DNA of 20,000 nt, from the NCBI GenBank assembly GCA_043809585.1, contig JBDROZ010000026.1, positions 45,429 through 65,428 on the forward strand. The letters run 5' to 3'. Under the pieces are notes generated by a model. It made no database searches. It saw only the letters and a list, made by a program, of their open reading frames with translations, and was not told the origin of the DNA. A program made the translations under genes and the position numbers. How positions within the stretch are numbered: position 1 is the first letter of the stretch; the number at the start of each line of letters is the position of its first letter. This DNA comes from Candidatus Eiseniibacteriota bacterium (GTDB lineage: Bacteria; Orphanbacterota; Orphanbacteria; Orphanbacterales; Orphanbacteraceae). Positions 16,375 to 20,000 of this stretch are shown in pieces.

Positions 16375-18198
16375 CTATCGCAGGATCGCGATTTTCCCTG
16401 TCTTCGTTTCCCTGGAAGTCCGAATGACGTAGAGGTAGACGCCGGAGGCGACCTCCCGCCCCGAGTCGTTCCGTCCATCCCAAGACGCCTGGAAGCCCGC
16501 GCCGTTCTCATCCGAGTCGATCTCGCCCTCCTCCTCGAGGAGGCGCACCCGCGTTCCGAGGAGATCGAAAATCTCGATGACCGGCTCCCCGCCGACGCCA
16601 TCGGACGGCTTGTACTCGATCCAGACCTCGCCGCCTCCCGACGCGCGCCACGGGTTCGGGTAGACGTACGGCCCGCCGGGGGGCCCTTCCTCCATGTCGA
16701 GATCGAAGGTGATTCGAGAGCCGTTCAGGCGGATGTCGGTCACCGAGACGCCCGAGAAGCGCCCGCCGTAGAGATCGGTGGAGGGGTCCGTGTCGGGCGT
16801 CCAGTCGGTGACGAGCGGCGTGGGGAAGAAGTCCTCCTGTTCCCCCAGATAGCCGGGGTCGCCGATGGACGAGATGTCCCCCGGAACGCCGTCGCCCGCC
16901 TCGACGAGGAGGGCGAGCCGCTTCTCGATCGCGGAGGAGTCGTTCGACGCGCGGCGCTCGTTGATGTGCCAGACCAGCATCCCCTTGCCGGGGATTTCCG
17001 CGTCGAAGCCGACCCGGTCCCGGTTCTCGAGGAGGAAGTACTCTCCCGTGCCGCCTCCGTTCTCCCAGTCGACTTCCTTCGGGTTCGCCAGGACGCGGAC
17101 CACCGGTCCCCCCCGTTCGATGGCGTCCATGGTGACCGTCACGGGGCCTTCGAAGGAGGAGGGTTCGTACGACTCCGGATTCGCCCAGCCGAGCCAGCTC
17201 TTGAAGAACGGATTGAAGTGGGCCGGAAGCCCCCCCGCGAGGGTCCCGCCCGTCGCCTGGAAGGGAAGGAGGGACCCCGCGTCCATGAGGCAGTAGACGC
17301 CGAGGGTCGATTCCTGGATCGTGGCGCCGCCGCTCACATAGGTCCGGTAGAGATCGGGGAGGCCGAGGATGTGGCCGAACTCGTGGGCGTAGACGCCGGT
17401 CTGCCCGATCTCGGGGACCAGGTCGTAGGGGCCGACCAGGACCCCGTCGATCTCGGTCGGTCCCATGAACGCCACCACCGCGGGGTCGTTCAGGTCCGAC
17501 ATGTGGGACCAAATCTGGCTCGCGCCGATCGTCTCGTAGGCCCCTTCCGCCCCCCGGCCGGCGTGGATGACGATCACGCCGTCCACGACGCCGTCCCCGT
17601 CCGAGTCGAACCGGGAAAAGTCGAGTCCCCCCTCGTCGGCGAGAGTCACCGCCTCGCGGACGATTCCCCACACGTTCGAGGGGTAAGGCTCCGCGGCGAA
17701 CGCCTCGGCCCGGGTGTCGAAACCGTAGTCGTCATCCGAGGGCGACAGGCCGTCGCCGTTCACGTAATGCCCGTAGGGGAGCGCCGACCGGTACCAACCT
17801 TCCACCTCGCCGCCGAGCCGAAACGCGCCGTTCGAGTTTTCGAGATAGTAATCCCGGACCGTCTCGTTCCCGGCCCCCGTTCCCTGAAAGAAGGCGCGGT
17901 CGAAATGGGAGGGGGGGTAGACGGTCGGCCGGGACTGCTCGTCCTCCCAGTCGATCAGGATGACCAGGGCCGTGAAGCTGTCGGGGGCCGCCTCCGGGAG
18001 ACGGTCCTTTCGGGCGGGGTAGATCCCCGCCCCCGCGATTTCGGCCCGGCCCGCCTTCTTCCCCGGCCCCTCATCCCTGATGGAGTCGTGAAGGTAGAGG
18101 CACGAGACCGGAAGGGGGCGACCCTCCGGCGCGGCCTGGGCCGCCGAGGCGATGAGAATCGCCGCGAGGACCCCGATCGTTCCGCTCTTGATGCTCAT
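16375..18198 (-). CDS. Secreted M6-family (immune inhibitor A-like) zinc metalloprotease with a C-terminal FlgD-Ig/T9SS type A-like sorting domain
   Basis: Signal peptide. VRDYYLENSNG, DFSRFDSDGDGVVD.VIVIHAG, HEFGHILGLPDLY (HEXXH), Met-turn LMDAGS, EYFLLENR. C-terminal YPNP...IFDLLGTRVR...WDGRNDSGREVASGVYLY...KIAILR. Confidence 0.9.
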   Translation of the reverse strand: MSIKSGTIGVLAAILIASAAQAAPEGRPLPVSCLYLHDSIRDEGPGKKAGRAEIAGAGIYPARKDRLPEAAPDSFTALVILIDWEDEQSRPTVYPPSHFDRAFFQGTGAGNETVRDYYLENSNGAFRLGGEVEGWYRSALPYGHYVNGDGLSPSDDDYGFDTRAEAFAAEPYPSNVWGIVREAVTLADEGGLDFSRFDSDGDGVVDGVIVIHAGRGAEGAYETIGASQIWSHMSDLNDPAVVAFMGPTEIDGVLVGPYDLVPEIGQTGVYAHEFGHILGLPDLYRTYVSGGATIQESTLGVYCLMDAGSLLPFQATGGTLAGGLPAHFNPFFKSWLGWANPESYEPSSFEGPVTVTMDAIERGGPVVRVLANPKEVDWENGGGTGEYFLLENRDRVGFDAEIPGKGMLVWHINERRASNDSSAIEKRLALLVEAGDGVPGDISSIGDPGYLGEQEDFFPTPLVTDWTPDTDPSTDLYGGRFSGVSVTDIRLNGSRITFDLDMEEGPPGGPYVYPNPWRASGGGEVWIEYKPSDGVGGEPVIEIFDLLGTRVRLLEEEGEIDSDENGAGFQASWDGRNDSGREVASGVYLYVIRTSRETKTGKIAILR

Positions 18199-18232
18199 GG
18201 ATTCTCCCTAGGCCCTTCGAGAGAGCCGGTTC

Positions 18233-18262
18233 ACTATACAAGGTAGGCCGGACGGGCCGCAA
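18233..18262 (-). promoter_or_regulatory. Putative sigma70 promoter for the M6 protease
   Basis: Minus strand TTGCGG-N18-TATAGT, with the -10 about 35 nt before the ATG; GGGAGA SD. Confidence 0.45.
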
Positions 18263-18279
18263 GGCAAGGGGCCGGAGCG

Positions 18280-18308
18280 TTGACCGCCGGTCGGGGCCGT
18301 GCTACTTT
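18280..18308 (+). promoter_or_regulatory. Putative sigma70 promoter for rfaE1-rfaE2
   Basis: TTGACC (18280-18285)-N17-TACTTT (18303-18308) with an extended -10 TG at 18300-18301. Confidence 0.65.
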
Positions 18309-18339
18309 CCCGGCGTGACCCGCGTTGGAGGAGACCCTC

Positions 18340-19329
18340 GTGGAACAGAAGATCGAATCGGCTCGGGCCCGGGAAATTCTGACGCGCTTCCGGGGCCGGC
18401 GGTTTCTTGTCGTCGGCGATCTGATGCTCGACCGGTACGTCTTCGGCGACGTGGATCGGATATCCCCCGAAGCGCCGGTCCCCGTGGTCAAGGTGACCCG
18501 CACCGAAGAGCGCCTCGGCGGGGCGGCCAATGTGGCGAACAACCTCGCCGCCCTCGGCGCCGACGTCTCCCTCTGCGGCGTGATCGGCGACGACCGGGAC
18601 GGAGAATCGGTCCGCCGGGATCTGGAAGGGCGGAACATCGACTCCGCGCTCCTCGTCCGGGATCCGGAACGCCCCACGACACGGAAGATCCGCATCATCG
18701 CCCACCAGCAGCAGGTGGTCCGGGTGGACCACGAGCGGGACGAGCCGATGGGCGCCCAGGTGGAGGAGCGGCTCATTCGGAATATCGGCGGGCGGATCGC
18801 CGGAGTGGACGGGGTCATTCTCTCCGACTACGGCAAGGGGGTCGTCGGGACGAACACCATCCGGGCGGTCGTCGAAGGGGCGGGGAGGGACGTGCGGACC
18901 TTCGTCGACCCGAAGGTGAGGCACTTCTCCCTCTACCGGGGGGTGTCGCTCGTCACTCCGAACCTCGCCGAGGCGAGTCTCGCGGCGGGGGAGAAGATCG
19001 TCGACGACGGGTCCCTCATGCGCGCCGGCGCCCGGCTTCTCGAGATGTTACCCGGCACGACCATCCTCCTCACCCGGGGGTCGGAGGGGATGAGCCTCTT
19101 CGAGCCGAACGGTCTCGTCACCCACATCGGCACGGTGGCCCGCCGGGTGTTCGACGTCACCGGCGCCGGCGACACGGTCATCTCCGCTTTCGCCATGGCC
19201 GTCGCCGCCGGGGCGGTGGGCCTCGAGGCCGCGATTCTCTCGAACCTCGCCGCCGGAGTCGTGGTGCAGGAGGCGGGGGCCGCTACGGTTTCGGTGGACG
19301 CCCTCGAGCGGGTCTTCGAGGAGGATTAG
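18340..19329 (+). CDS. rfaE1: D-glycero-beta-D-manno-heptose-7-phosphate kinase (HldE kinase domain, HldA/RfaE1)
   Basis: VVGDLMLDRYVFGDVDRISPEAPVPVV, GGAANVA, QQVVRVD, SDYGKG, VDPK, TPNLAEA, DVTGAGDTVI. GTG 18340 with GGAGGAG SD. Confidence 0.93.
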   Translation: MEQKIESARAREILTRFRGRRFLVVGDLMLDRYVFGDVDRISPEAPVPVVKVTRTEERLGGAANVANNLAALGADVSLCGVIGDDRDGESVRRDLEGRNIDSALLVRDPERPTTRKIRIIAHQQQVVRVDHERDEPMGAQVEERLIRNIGGRIAGVDGVILSDYGKGVVGTNTIRAVVEGAGRDVRTFVDPKVRHFSLYRGVSLVTPNLAEASLAAGEKIVDDGSLMRAGARLLEMLPGTTILLTRGSEGMSLFEPNGLVTHIGTVARRVFDVTGAGDTVISAFAMAVAAGAVGLEAAILSNLAAGVVVQEAGAATVSVDALERVFEED

Positions 19330-19331
19330 CG

Positions 19332-19820
19332 GTGGGCCGCGTCGTGTCCGAAGGGGAGATCGTCCGTCTCCGGGAGGAAGCCGCCCGGGAGGGCCGGCGT
19401 TTCGTCTTCACCAACGGCTGTTTCGACGTGATCCACGCCGGCCACCTTCACGTCCTCCGGGAGGCGAAGGGGGCCGGGGACCTTCTCCTGGTCGCCGTGA
19501 ACGGGGACGACTCGGTCCGGCGCCTGAAAGGGGAGGGCCGCCCCCTCGTCGGGGAGGAGGACCGGGCGGAGCTGATCGCGGCCCTCGAACCGGTCGATTT
19601 CGTCGTCCTCTTCCACGAGGAAACCCCCGGGCGCATCATCGACCTCCTGAAGCCGGACGTCCTGGTCAAGGGGGGGGACTACGGCCCGAACGAGATCGTG
19701 GGGGCCGGGACGGTCCGCGCGGCGGGGGGGGAGGTCCTCGTGATCCCCTTGAAAGAGGGGCTTTCCACGCGCTCCCTGATCGCCCGCATTCTCGAGCGAT
19801 ACGGCAACCGCCCGGACTGA
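19332..19820 (+). CDS. rfaE2: D-glycero-beta-D-manno-heptose 1-phosphate adenylyltransferase (HldC/RfaE2)
   Basis: FTNGCFDVIHAGH, NGDDSVRRLKGEGRP, PDVLVKGGDY, STRSLI. GTG 19332 just after the rfaE1 stop (C-terminal part of the track's 18315..19820 ORF). Confidence 0.93.
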   Translation: MGRVVSEGEIVRLREEAAREGRRFVFTNGCFDVIHAGHLHVLREAKGAGDLLLVAVNGDDSVRRLKGEGRPLVGEEDRAELIAALEPVDFVVLFHEETPGRIIDLLKPDVLVKGGDYGPNEIVGAGTVRAAGGEVLVIPLKEGLSTRSLIARILERYGNRPD

Positions 19821-19963
19821 ATCGCATTCTCCGGGGGCTTTCGCCTTGTCGCCCCGTTCCTAGCCTGGATTATGCATGAATCTCCGTCACGAGGGCTCGG
19901 ATCGCCTGACGAGAAGCTGACTTGGACGAGCCGCCACCGGAGGCAGGGACCCGTCGGGCAGTT

Positions 19964-19995
19964 GGGCTTATCGCGCCCATCGAAGCGATAAGCCC
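19964..19995. repeat. Perfect 11-bp inverted repeat
   Basis: GGGCTTATCGC (19964-19974) / GCGATAAGCCC (19985-19995), 10-nt loop. Confidence 0.8.
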
Positions 19996-20000
19996 TAGTG

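Noticed and set aside
18315-19820. Fused bifunctional HldE, or a frameshifted hldE
   Set aside because: The kinase ends at TAG 19329 and the adenylyltransferase has its own GTG with GAGGA upstream; split rfaE1/rfaE2 is a common arrangement.
19901-19990. Hammerhead ribozyme (CTGACGA core) or a 39-aa ORF at 19872-19991
   Set aside because: No correctly placed GAAA or three-stem arrangement; the ORF has no SD, atypical codons and no recognisable motif.
1-20000. CRISPR arrays, tRNA/rRNA genes, IS elements, integrases, defence systems
   Set aside because: No regularly spaced direct repeats, cloverleaf-like sequences or transposase/recombinase motifs seen; intergenic spaces are all short.

Overview
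High-GC (roughly two-thirds or more by eye) bacterial chromosome segment with no mobile elements, RNA genes or CRISPR arrays evident. LPS-related genes and a protease with a FlgD/T9SS-type C-terminal domain suggest a diderm of the FCB superphylum, possibly an uncultured lineage (inference). Left half: the 3' end of a secreted lectin-fold protein, then a type IVa pilus operon pilM-pilN-pilO-pilP-like-pilQ. It continues without a gap into a ~1,096-aa lipoprotein of about 10 invasin-type Ig (Big-1) domains, broken by a one-base frameshift at ~8064-8069, then a ~250-aa predicted outer-membrane beta-barrel and aroK. Right half: rsmD-coaD-NUDIX-FmdB zinc ribbon-obgE-dprA-lipid A-type acyltransferase-PfkB kinase on +; a convergent M6 metalloprotease and DUF3467-like gene on -; and split ADP-heptose synthase genes (rfaE1/rfaE2). 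Most interesting points: (1) the Ig-lipoprotein + beta-barrel pair between pilQ and aroK, a candidate pilus-linked surface adhesin/display module; (2) obgE apparently starts at a non-canonical ATT codon; (3) a G11 tract in dprA; (4) a sigma28-like promoter before pilM and recurring IHF-like AT-rich sites.
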